The translations under genes were made by a program, and so were the position numbers. DNA of 64,000 nucleotides, taken from Curvularia clavata (taxonomy: Eukaryota). The notes under the pieces are model-generated. The model had not been told where the DNA came from. It worked only from the letters and a program-made list of their open reading frames with translations, and did no database searches. Within the stretch, counting starts at the first letter, position 1. Every line of letters starts with the position of its first letter. The stretch covers positions 2,480,001 through 2,544,000 of the forward strand of contig CP089279.1 in NCBI GenBank assembly GCA_023920165.1. The letters run 5' to 3'. Positions 34,192 to 46,099 of the stretch are shown here, piece by piece.

Positions 34192-36463
34192 CTACAGTGC
34201 TTCGTTTGTCTCCGTAGTATCCTTGAACCAGTGATCATGAGATGAATCCAACGCTGAAAGCCACCACTGTTCCGGATCGAGTTCATTGGTGTTGTTCTGG
34301 GGGACGGAATCGACAGATTGTTCAGCGCCATGTCCAGGTAAAACATGGTGTGTTTCAGTCTGTGCTGCTTGCTCTTCAGCGACTGCGACATTTTCGGTCG
34401 AAAGCCAACTCTCGAAATCTGTAAGGGTGAGCAGGGTTGATACAGATGAACTATGGCCCATGTGCGTGCTTTTCTCATAGAAATCCCGCATGGTTGGAGC
34501 TATGCTGCCAGACGAGTCACTTACCATCTGGGATCGTCTCCAACATATCTCGTAGATGGCTCCTTGGGAGGGAGGTGTGTTCGCTGGTACTCCCGCCCAA
34601 GAGGAAGTCTCTATCCGCAGACGTAATTTGATTCACGAGTTGCTCAAGAAACTTGACGCTTTGCGCTGTCAAGACGTGGTTTCTTACGATGTCTAGGCGA
34701 TGTAGTTGTATAATGCTCCGTATACCACGTCGGGCTTTGTAACTTTGTTCAGTCGAAGGGTCCTGAAGCGCAATCGCACAGAGAACGACCCCTGCTGTAA
34801 AGAAGCAGAGCCCAGCATGCATAGCGGCATGGGTTGATTGCAAGCGACGTAAAATCGAAACGTTTTCCTCTGTGCCGTGAGAGGATGTGCGAAGTGCCGA
34901 CTCTATCAGCTGGGAGGTAGACAGCTGATGTTCGGCGGGCCGCTCCTTCTGAGATCGACCATTCTTCTCGTAGAGTACCCAACGATGCAAAGCAATCTGG
35001 AGATTGTCATATGAAAGCTGGAGCGATAAGGCTTGAAGTTGCAAGAGTGACAGCAGGTCCGCGCTCGAGGTCGATTGAGGCCTGTTAATCTTAGATAGTT
35101 GGAGGAACCATGGGAGGTTATCCCTCCAATGGACAAGTTTTCCATGCACCGCAGCTAAACTTTCGAGTCTATTCGACTGAATCCGCCTTCCGAGGAATGG
35201 GCCCATGATCCGGTAAAGCTGAGACTTATGTTGGTGATAGAAGACAAGAGAGACGTTCTCTCCAGACAGCTCGAAATGATATGGACTCGAGTTCGCTCGT
35301 GAATCATCTTGTATTACTCCGACATCGCAATCAGAGTCATCGATGGCACAGGGGCGACCAAACGCGACCGCGGCGTATCTACACAATAGTCACTGAATCT
35401 AGCTGGTGATCGAGATACAACAGCTTAGCAGTCCGGGTAGTAGGGGTCTTGACTTACTTGTCATAGACCTCTAAAGCCCACCAGGAGCGATTCCAGCTTT
35501 GCAATTCGTACTCAGAGGACCCTCGAAATAGCCTCTGTCGATGTAGACCCAAGTTCTGCGCCAGTTTGATTGCGCTTCCAAGGATTCCAAACCCACTGTT
35601 CGGCTTGCCATTGAAGATATGGAAACTGCCAAGGATGATGCAGATTTGCACAGCTTCGATGCCAGATATGTTGATAATATCCAGGAAAGATTGCTCGGTC
35701 TGCCGAAGAAGCGTCGATCCGAGATTCCTGGCCATTGGGATACTAGACCCAGTAGCTTCTTGTGAGTCATAGAAAGCAGCGACTGCTAGAACAACGATCA
35801 CGAGCCTTGCGAAGTTCTCTTCGCCTGGAAACACTAACTCCGTGGTGAATAATTGACTGCAACGGCTTCGGAAGAGTGCTTGAGGTATGGTCTGAACAAC
35901 TCAGCGTCATCTGTGCCTTGAAGGGGTCCAAATACCATCATGAACCAGTCAACCCTAGTGAAGAAACTGTCTACCAGAGCTTCAAGATGTAGGCGTGACG
36001 GCAAGGGTGTAGGGATAAAGCTTGATAACGGTTTTCCAGCATAGTTTGAAGGGAATGGAAGGGAAAACCCCTCGACAACTTTCTGAGTACCGCCCGGGAG
36101 CGCCGAAGCGTCTTCTCTCTGATCGTCGCCATCGGTGAGCATCTGTAACAATTGACTTAATATACAGCACGGACATCTCATAGCCCCACACGTACCAATC
36201 TTGCGAGATCGACAACGGTGAACTCCAAAAGATGTGCTCTATCTTGCTCATGTCTACCTGGTGCGCTGTGAGATGTCGGAGCATTTGCGACCTCTTCCCT
36301 GCCTTTATCACACGACACCCCTGCTCGTATACAAGGTTGGCATGGACGAGCCTCGTCGCACTGGAAAAGGTTAGCATCAGTTCACTCACTAATAATCACC
36401 ACTGACACCAAGCTTACGATGTCGGCATCTACGGCATGCGGCGGATACCCTTTGCCGTTTCAT
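34192..36463 (-). CDS. Zn(II)2Cys6 transcription factor with fungal-specific TF middle domain; about 6 exons
   Basis: Spliced cluster CRRCRHRKLG|CDEARPCQPCIRAGVSC (intron 36361-36406) fits C-x2-C-x6-C-x5-C-x2-C-x6-C. Middle domain AIKLAQNLGLHR..RSWWALEVYDKYAAVAFGRP; acidic C-terminal exon. Confidence 0.9.
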
Positions 36464-36589
36464 TCTCAGGAGGCAATGGGTCGCGAGGGCACAAAAGGTA
36501 GGTAGAGTGGGGCTTGTGAGGATTAGTAGATAAACGAGCCTCAGAAAGGCACTGGTGGAAAAGCTGACTAAATTCGAATTGGTTTAACG

Positions 36590-37190
36590 TCGAGGATCAG
36601 TTAGTAGGCCACCCCACTTAACCTGACGCGACTCTCTACACCCCAACAGCCATGCCACGACAAAAACGCTCAGCATCGCCTCAAAGGCAAGATAGGCTTT
36701 GTCTTGTATCTCAATCAATTCAAAAACATTACATATATAACCAACGTAAAGCTGCAAAGCTGTTTAATATCCCTTGTTTAACACCCTATGACCGCCTTCA
36801 AGGTAGCTGGCCCCAAGCTCTTGCTTGGCGTAGAGTAGTGTTAAGCACTTCAACCAGCATACAGTGGCTCGCACAGCTGGACTCTATCGGCTTCTTGTTC
36901 CAGACGGCCATATCAATTACGCTACGCCAGAGCTCGACCAGTACTGCGCCGAGAACAAGATTATTACCTTCTACATGCTACCTCACACGTCTCATCTTCT
37001 CCAGCCACTCGGTGCAAGTTATTTTTCTCTTCTCAAGCGCGGGTATAGACGTCAGATTGAGAAGCTCGCCCTCCAAGGTGTTCACGACGTTGACAGATAC
37101 AATACTCTATTTTATCTAATTAAGACTATATTAGTTGGACACCAATGTAGACACAGACGCAGAGGTAGATAGCAATAGTAGTAGCGACGT
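36590..37190 (+). mobile_element. Degenerate, internally deleted pogo/Fot1-type (Tc1/mariner) DNA transposon
   Basis: HTH_psq-like RKAAKLFNIPCLTPYDRLQG (36652-) and, in another frame, DDE_1-like LLVPDGH..YCAENKII..PHTSHLLQPLG..FSLLKRGY; followed by AT/TpA-rich DNA. Confidence 0.85.
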
Positions 37191-38166
37191 AGTATTAAGG
37201 GTTAGGCTATGCTTACCCTTTAGAACCTAGGAAAGGGAAAATGATGTGTAGAATTCTATAAGTATTCTGTCTGAGTGAGAAAGAGTAGGTTTCAAACAAT
37301 ATAATAACTTTTGAAACCCTTCACTTCTCTGTCAGGGCATATCCCCTAACACCCTTAGTTGTCTAGAAGTTAGCAGCTTAGTCATCTATATATATTTTTT
37401 CAATGAACTATTTAGCTAGCTAGCTAACTATGCACCGCGTAAAAGCAAAGTGTATGACTAAAGGATACGATGTGGCGGACTTGGACTAGATAGGTTATAG
37501 CGAGCGATACGGCACGGCAATTAGTTTGGTGGGTGAAAAAGGTGGGGTAGGCTAGGGCTTGTAGTGGTTTTCTTTGTCTGGTTGAGGGCTGGTTGGGGAA
37601 TGTGGAGAGAGAGGGGTGGAGAGGTGAGGTGATTGGGTGGGCGCAGGGAAGGAGAAGATGGGGATTACGAGGGGAAAACGAGTGCGGCTTGTGGAGTTAA
37701 ATTTGCGTGCTAGTACGGCAGGGAAGGGCTGGGACTGGGGGGAAACAGTGGTCAAGGGTATATTGCGTGAAGAAGCGGAGGAAAGTTCGTAGAGCACTTC
37801 AATTGAATAGTGGCGTGATGCAGGCGGATGAATTGAAAGCGTTGTTTTGGTCCGAACAATATTTTCCCGACATGAAAACAACAGACAGAATAATGCCCAT
37901 GCTATTTCGACACATTAACGAGGCTACAAAATCATCTGTTCTGTTGAGCTACCCGCTTTGCATTACTTTCAGCCACCGCGTCAGGGAAGTACCAGAGTTT
38001 GGAACTCATCTCAGACTGATGTCATTGGTCGTCGTGTCAGTAAGGTTAAATATAGAATCGCATTCCCATTGCCCCTAAAAAAGCCTTCTTCAAATCCATA
38101 TCCATGGAATTCGATAGTTCCTGCTCTCGTCGTGTGGATTCACCAGCGGCCATTCGTCGATAGGTT

Positions 38167-38674
38167 TTACATGACACCGCCAGGTCCAGCGGCTGACTGG
38201 GCACTAGCACCGACACCGGGGCCCATGGTTGCGTGTGTGGCTTCCTTGTGAGCTCGCTCGCGTTGCTCGCGCTCCCTGGTCTCTGCTGCAATCTGGTCTT
38301 CGGTCTTCTTGTTGCCTCGCGCGATGAGCTTCTCGATCAAGCCACCTTTCTTGGGTGCGTCGTGCTTATCCGACTCTTCAAACTCCTTGAGGTAGGCGAC
38401 GCGCTCTTCTGGAGGCATCTGTGCGAGCTCAGAGTCGATCGAATCACGGTTGTCTGCTCCATATGTTAGTGATGAGGCTAAGGCTGGAGGGTTGCATATG
38501 CTCAAGCGTAGGTCTTCGCAGATAAATGAGACGACATGCGATGAACACGCAGCTTGTGAGCATTATGCAAACCAAGCACTCACCCTCAATGGTACCAGTG
38601 CTGGCAGAAATGTCGTTCTCGGGCTGGGACTTGCGGCGGCTGCCAATGTGGAGCTTTTCCTTGAGCTTGTCCAT
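38167..38674 (-). CDS. Small hydrophilic (hydrophilin/dehydrin-like) protein; 2 exons
   Basis: Intron 38454-38583 (GTGAGT..CTAAC..CAG) gives MDKLKEKLHIG..GTIE-DNRDSIDSELAQ..KKGGLIEKLIARG..GPGGVM*. Confidence 0.7.
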
Positions 38675-39615
38675 TGCTGATTGGTTGGTTTAGGGTGTCG
38701 TCTGAGGGAATCTGTTGTAGGAGTGTATTATGGATGTGGATGTGTAAACAGGAAAAAGTATCGTGTCTGTCTGGTGTGTTGTCCAGGGAGAAGGGGGCGC
38801 GGGGATGAGGGGTGGTGGCTACCAGCTATGCGTGGCACCTACGTCATCGGGTCAAGGCAGTCCAGCTACCAGCTGCCTTGTTGTGAGTGGATCTAGTAAA
38901 GCACGGTTCATACCTTTGCTCTCGCGTGAACTAATAGTACTCTTGTGGCGGCTAAACGCTTGCGGTTCTTCTTGACTGTCTTCGTTGGGTAGTAGTGATA
39001 TGGAGATCCGATGCAGCTTCACGTGCATAAGAGTGCCTGTATGCGACTAGTATCTACTTTGAACCAGAGGAAATGCGGACAGTAGTAATGGTTGATTCTA
39101 TTTATGTAATATCTCTACCATTTCTGTCCACAGGTGACGCGCATGTTATGCACGGTGTGGAAGGCTTTGGCGCGACTAGAGCACTCTCGGGAGCCGGCAC
39201 CACTACTTCACACTAGGACGAACGAAGTTGAGGGATGAGCCTTGCACATTTGCAAAGCCGCATATGCAGAGTGCCAACAGCGAGGTAAAGGCCGACAGTC
39301 CAGTGGAAGCTAGCTCGTGGTGTTTTACGTTTATGCACATGTTTGGCGTTCGAATACTCCCAAATGGAAAACAGCTGATCAGCACTGCCAGCCAATCAGC
39401 TCAGTAGAAGAATAGCATTGAATATTATCCGCATATACGAGATATTGACAAGTGGCCCACTTGCCTGTTCAAGTCTAGAAATAGGATATTAGATTTACGC
39501 TCGTGTCAGACATGCATACAGCCCAGCCTTTTCGTATGTTGCAGTGGTATCTCAATCAGGAAAAAAACGCCCAAACGCCCGTTACATGCTTGGTGGAAGA
39601 TAGCCGGTCCGATCC

Positions 39616-41430
39616 TTAGTACTTATACTGAGGGACCCGTGGTGTGAGTGGCGAGACGGCAGCCTGTGTATTGTAGTCTCTGGCGGGGTATGTTTCATCA
39701 CTGAGCATTGCGCTCACAGCCCTGCTACTACTGCTTTCTCCATCCGCGTCGCGTTGGTAAGGCGCTTGAGGTACTTGGACCTCACACCACTTGGGTGTCA
39801 TGGGTATCATTGAATCACCGTGCAGCTCCTGTGGTTCGTCTGTTACCTGGATGACCGTCTTCTGATCTTGTGGATAGGCATGCCCGACAGGATGGTCGTT
39901 GGCAGGCGATGCAAGCTCAGTCAGGGGTGTACCGCTGAGTTCTTGTAAGGTAGGGGGGGCTTTTAATGGTAGGGCAGCTGTAGACAGGTTGTTCCCAGAG
40001 CCCACCTCGGATAGATTCTTGCCTGCGAGCTCGTATTGCTGGTTGCTCTGCGACTGCTTCTTAGCGCGTCGTTTGCGACAGAACATGAGGAAAAGTGCGA
40101 GTGCGGCAACAAGGATACCTGCAACAGCTCCAATTGCTATCCCGACAATTGCACCAGTACTAAGCCCTGAGGACGAGGAATGGTCCGCTGGTGATTCGCT
40201 CGGTGAGACGATGGTCATTACTTGTGCTGGAGGCAGAGGGTTGGGAAACACGGCCTGTGCGACTGTGAAGTTTGACCGCTCATAGTCGACTATCAAATAT
40301 GCCTCTTGTAATAATGTTCGACCGAGTACGTACTGCGATTCGTTTGCGGCCCGGCGTATTGGAAAGTAGTTTGTGGCATTTTGGTAAATGGGATATGAGG
40401 CCTGCAGATCGAATGCAGCGTAGGGCAATTGGATATTAGTATAATTCTGTGCTGCGCTGTCTGGTGAGTTGGCAAGTTTGAGGGTAATTGTCGGGTTTTT
40501 GGAAAGGAGTTGTTCATGGATAGTGTCGTTGACGAGGTAGAGATCGGTCTGGGGATCGTATGTTAAGCCAAATGCAGTTTCGAATTCGGCGCAAACGCTT
40601 TCTGGTAACCACAAATGTGGCACAGTTGAATCGATGACAGAAAAATGGGAGCCAGAAGTGAGTGAGTAGGTGCCTTGCAGGGTGTTGGTGGCCATGATGG
40701 AGTCGACGCTCACGGTCAAAAGCCGAGACGAATCCTGAGAAAAGGTAAAGGACAAGCTGTTGGTGGTGTTGTCGAATCGAGTCGAATCGTAGCCCCCGAG
40801 GATCAAGCTCCCCAGGACGGATTTCAATCGGTATTTTGCGCCTGCGGTGTATGCATAGGAAAAACTGGGTATCTTTTTGCTGTCGCGCAGTTGGTAGAGC
40901 GTGGAATCAACAGGCTGGCTCCCACTGTCGAAGCTGGATTTGACCTGGCCGAGACCAAGCATGCCCAGGTAGTAATCGAGATCCGCTATGGCAGAGACAA
41001 TGGAGCCTGTGAGCGACAGAGACGAACTGCGGTCTGCGGCAGCTCCCAGCGACACCACGTCAGTGCCGAAAAGGCCTCGTCCAGTGTAGTTGAGGGTCTG
41101 CTCCAGTTCGACTTGGAACTCGCCTATGGCTGACCATGTTGACGACGCGTTGGCTTGGAAGCCAGTGCTCTGCGCACTGTTGAAGATGCCGATTCCACGC
41201 AGCTGGGGACAGTTTGCCGGGTCGACTCCAGCCAAGCATCCCTCTGCAGCGATGACATAGGTGACACCTGCCTTTGTGCTCGGTATCACACGGAAATCCT
41301 GGCCTGGCGATCCGACGCTGACTTTGAAGGTGCTCCAACTCCCATCGGTGCCGTCAAACCTGCCCGAGGGAGGGACAGTGTAGGGCGTGGGCGACGCAGA
41401 GGGCTCGGCAGCCCGGGCAGCGAGACTCAT
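39616..41430 (-). CDS. Pepsin-fold (A1) aspartic protease homolog, membrane-anchored, probably inactive
   Basis: VSVGSPGQDFRV, GMLGLG, GSLILGGYDSTRF, VIDST, VLGRTLLQEAYLIVDYE; TM GAIVGIAIGAVAGILVAALALFLMF followed by RKRR. Confidence 0.88.
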   Translation of the reverse strand: MSLAARAAEPSASPTPYTVPPSGRFDGTDGSWSTFKVSVGSPGQDFRVIPSTKAGVTYVIAAEGCLAGVDPANCPQLRGIGIFNSAQSTGFQANASSTWSAIGEFQVELEQTLNYTGRGLFGTDVVSLGAAADRSSSLSLTGSIVSAIADLDYYLGMLGLGQVKSSFDSGSQPVDSTLYQLRDSKKIPSFSYAYTAGAKYRLKSVLGSLILGGYDSTRFDNTTNSLSFTFSQDSSRLLTVSVDSIMATNTLQGTYSLTSGSHFSVIDSTVPHLWLPESVCAEFETAFGLTYDPQTDLYLVNDTIHEQLLSKNPTITLKLANSPDSAAQNYTNIQLPYAAFDLQASYPIYQNATNYFPIRRAANESQYVLGRTLLQEAYLIVDYERSNFTVAQAVFPNPLPPAQVMTIVSPSESPADHSSSSGLSTGAIVGIAIGAVAGILVAALALFLMFCRKRRAKKQSQSNQQYELAGKNLSEVGSGNNLSTAALPLKAPPTLQELSGTPLTELASPANDHPVGHAYPQDQKTVIQVTDEPQELHGDSMIPMTPKWCEVQVPQAPYQRDADGESSSSRAVSAMLSDETYPARDYNTQAAVSPLTPRVPQYKY

Positions 41431-42622
41431 GATGGGGTGAGGGGATGGGAGAGGGTAGAGTGGATGGCCATAAGGGAGCAGCAGATGCAGGGTGCATGAG
41501 TCGGCAGATGGACGGGCCCTTGACCGGGGAATTGTGCAACTCAGCCTCAGTTCCCAGCAAAACGGTGCAGAAGAAGCATTGCAGAGGTTTGGAAGCGATG
41601 AGGGCTGGGCAAGGTTTGAGGATGGGTCGCGGAGTGGCTCTAGGGCTATGCCGCGGCGGGCGAGAGATCGTCGGCAGGCGCAGGATGATGGCTAGCGCGC
41701 ATATCTGGGGGCGTGGATACGAGATGGCATGGAGAATGGCGCAAGGGTTCGTAGTCGATGTTGAGGGATAGTGTTTGGCGTTGGCGAGGCAGACAGCCAA
41801 TGGCGGTGCGCTGAGGCCGCGTCGCCGTTGGTCCTGTCAGCCTCCATCTGTGTGTATCTGGTACACGACCTGTCCTTGAATTACACATGGCTGCTCTGCT
41901 GAGCTGAAGACTCGGGCATGCCTGTTTCCAGTCAACGGTACTTGACAATCTGAGCCTCGACGCGGAATGGCCGTCTCAGGCCTTGTGCTGGAGGAGCCTG
42001 TCGAGTACAGGTGCAGACTGGACGCGACCATACAGATGGCTCGCCACAACACCCACACAGCCCGGAACCAGGGTCGCATAACATGGCTGCGGCCCAGACT
42101 AGCCTTTTGCGCGCCCTGCAGCGACAGTAAAACGCGGGCCAGGACTACTCCCACGGACTTGAGTACACATGTAGGCACAGCGTCTGCCTCGACTGCCTGA
42201 TCTGTCTGCCGTCAGCGATGCGCATGCCGCGTCCAAGAGGCCGTGAGCAATGGATACAGCGCGACAAGGTTTGCCATGGCCTGGCCGTCAGCTTCGTCCA
42301 AATATCGGTTCAGGCCGGTGTCGAGCAGCAGAGTTCAGGGCGGGCAAATCAGCGTTGGCGAGCACGGCCCGGGTTCGATGTGTCTCTCCACGCGTCGACG
42401 GCCATGTCGCTCAGCCAAGGCGTGGCGTCTGCTAGGGGATGCGCTTGGACCGCCGTCAGCCAGTCCGGCATATGCCTCTGCGGCTGCCATCATCAAACCC
42501 GCCCTCTCTACAGTAAACCACACTCGCTTTTCTCTCCTCGTCGCTCCGCTGCTCTGCTCGACGGCCACGCCTTGGTGCTCCCTTTCACGCTCACTCGCTT
42601 GGTGCAGAGGGAACACGGCAAG

Positions 42623-45247
42623 ATGCGCACATACCCTCGTTTACATGTGCCGGTCCTGTTGGCCCTGGGCTCGGCCGCCGCCGCCGACCAACAGCCTAGA
42701 GGTATGTAGTCTTGGCTAACCATGCTTTCCCTACTGCACTTGCTTCTCCATGTATAGCGAGTACGCTGCCATGTTTTTCGGTCTCCCATCTCTCCAGCAC
42801 AAGAACTGATCAACCCAGACGGCATTGCTTGGCCCATCCCTCCGTCTGAGCCTGGAAACGGCCCCGAGGCCCCACAGGCTCCATCTCCCATCCTAATCAA
42901 CACGAATAGTGTCCGTCCAGTTGGATCCGCTTCGACTCTTCCGCCGCACTTTGTCGCCAGTCCTGCACACGCACCAGTTGCCCCTGGCCCACGCCCTCCA
43001 GGACCAATCTACACAAACACCACGGCACCACCTGGCCCCACAGTCGTCACTTTCACCCCTCCGCCACAGCCCACGGAGATCACCTTTTACGACCTCACCA
43101 ACTCATCCTCATCCGGGAACCGATCCTGCACCGGCTGTATCCTCGCAGCCCAGCATCCTCTGACCACGTGGTTTGATTCCTCGGCGTTTGACAACCAATG
43201 GACCAGCACCGTCGTAACCGAGACGGTGGTTACCGAGTTCATCACCTACTGGAATAACAACACCATTGACACAGTCGTTACTGAGGAGCACACTGTCAAC
43301 CAGACAAAGACCGTTACAGCCGCAGACGATGAACTAATCACTCACACCACGCCCACATTCAGTGTACTAGTCACAGATGGAGTGTACCTCCAATTCGACG
43401 CAGGACCCACCTACGTCATCTACAACAATATCGTCGGTGGGCCAGACGAATACATTGATCGATACTTCCCCGAATACGATTGGACTCAACAGGAGTGTGC
43501 GCCTACGCGGACATCACTAACAGGCTGGCAGCCCGCCCAGACTGCTCTGCAGGACTGGAACTACTTTGTAGAAACGCACACGACACCACTTCCCAATATC
43601 ACAAAAACACCTGATGCGTTCCCGCTGCCTACCCAAGCTGTACAATACCTGGGTCACGAGCCGGCTATCTACTCACAGTTCTTTGGCTTGAATTTATCTG
43701 AATGTTCCCTCCGTCCACCCTCCTTTAGCAAATCCTTTGAGCTCTCCCACGGCATTAATGCACCCAATGCACCTGCACCCACAATTCCACCCCAGGCTGC
43801 GCCGCCCTACATGTCACCATCGACATCGACTTACCTCTCGACAACATACGACACAACTTCTGTCCATAAGACAGTACGAGGTTGTCTGAGATGCCTCTCT
43901 GATGGTGAAGCGTCGGTCAAAGTCGTACAGCCTACGCCTGCACCTGGAGGTGACCACGACGCACACAACTTTGAGCCCCAGCCAGACGAGCCCGCTAAGC
44001 CTAACGCACCCGGCCAACCTAACGAACCTGGTCAACCTGGCCAACCTGGCACACCAATTGGCAACGGAGCCAATCCTGTCAACACACCGGGACCAGTACA
44101 GAATGAGCCTGGTACATCCGGTCAGCACGACCAGGACCATCAGAATCTGCCGCCCCCTGTTATCATCATTGGAGGTCAGACCCTCAAACCGGGGGAAACT
44201 CAGACCGTCGGCGGAGTTCCGGTTGTACGTCCTGTCCCTTCTGGGGACGGGGAAACGCCAAGGATTATCGTTGGTGGTAGCACATATGTCTACAAACCAG
44301 CACAGACACCACAGCCTCCCATACTCACGGTCGGTGGGGGCACAATTGCTGCAAACCCACAAGGCCAATTTGTCTTTGGTACAGAAACGTTGAAGCCAGG
44401 AGGCGCCCCAGTCATCGTCAATGGAAACACCGTTAGCCTAGGACCCGGTGGTATTGCTGTTGTCAATGGTGTTACATCAACCATCCCTGGTTTGGCCGCG
44501 CCTGCTCCCACTGCTGCTCCTCCGCTGGTGATAGGCGGTCAAACGGTGTATGCCACACAAGTTGGAGGCTCAGCGACCTACGTCATAGCGCCTGCTCCGG
44601 CCGTGGGCGCAGGCTATTGGGTTGTGAATGATGGCACTACAGCCTATGTACCGGCTCCAGGCCAGACTGTCACGCCTGATGGCACTCTTACTGTTTCAGG
44701 CACCGCATATTGGCGGCCCAACGACGTACCAGGTGGTATTGTTGTGATCAACGGCGTTACCTCGACCATGGGTCCTGGTGACGTTATCGTGGTCAATGGC
44801 GCTACGTCTACAGTTGCCTCTGGTGCTGCTATAACGCCTGCCCCAGCACTGACGATCAACGACCTTACATACAGACAGACAGTAAGAGATGGAACAACTG
44901 AGTACGTACTAGGTGATGGCACGACACTTGTGCCTGGCTCTACGGTTGAGATTGACGGAACAACCTATTCCTTGGATCAATCGGGTACTGCTCTGGTAAT
45001 CAACGGACAGACGAGCACTATCCCCAACCTCCCCAAGAGCAACAGTGCGAGCGTTACAAGTTCGAGTGTGGCGTCTACAACAACGGCGGCGACGACGACG
45101 ACAGGCCGCAATGCTGGCGATCTTATTGCGAGCGGGGTTGGCCAGACCAGCAAAGGTGCTGGCGCCTCTTTCCAGAATGCAGGCATCGACAAGTGGGTGG
45201 AGAGCTTCATCATTGGCGCCGCGGGCTGGCTGGTGATGTTGCTGTGA
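42623..45247 (+). CDS. Secreted mucin-like, probably GPI-anchored cell-wall protein
   Basis: Signal peptide MRTYPRLHVPVLLALGSAAA; phase-1 intron from 42702 (acceptor probably 42797) into a long open frame. Pro/Thr/Gly-rich with (V/I)xGxT repeats, a Ser/Thr tract and a hydrophobic C-terminus (FIIGAAGWLVMLL). Confidence 0.8.
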
Positions 45248-46099
45248 AGCAGTTTGAGTGGAGCATATTTTTATTGTTCATGACTTTACGCATAGAGCGT
45301 GGCGCTTGGGATCGGAAAAAAATGATACCTGGAGCCTGGGAGGCACATTATGACCTGGCATGGAATAACATTGGGCCAGGACACTTTCGTTATATTTGAC
45401 ATATAGTTAGGACGATACCGTATAAGAGGTGCACGTAATGGCTAGTTTGCTAATGGCCGCACACGAATAGAATAATCACATGTACCTGCGTGTTCAGTGT
45501 ATTTTTGCTTGGCTTATGACTACTTGACAAAAAACTCCAAGATGCAGAATTGGATTTGAGTCGCTACGCGCTACATGGTAGCATGGTATGTCTTTAGTGA
45601 CATTGGCCTTGGATTGTCTTGGCGTTATGATGAACTGAAGGTATTCACGGGCATCTGATCTGCTGGTGAAGCTAACATACTATAACAATCTATGCTAGAA
45701 CCAGTTGAGGAATGCAAACTCAGTCAAATGGTCTGGCGCATCGATTGGCTGGTGTGATAAGAGCGATGAGATGAAAGCACTTGGCCAAGCCTTTGGCACG
45801 AGTTTCTGAACAAGCCCTCGTGACGCCAACAAAATACTTAACGAAAAGCAAATATTCTAGTTATGACCTACAAGCCTTTTTTTCATCCCTCCTAGCACAT
45901 TTCCAAATTTACTCAATAACGAGTAGAGTATCAAAGGTGGGGTGTCGTCCTCCCATGATTTTCTCCCAATCAGGCTTAGCCGCTAGCCCAGTTGCCGAGC
46001 CCGCTCTCAGAAACCTCATCCGCATCCTCAACCAGCCCAGCACCCGCGATTCCGCAAAAGCTGCCCCATCCCGCAATTCATCACCCTCGTCTCCCCGCC

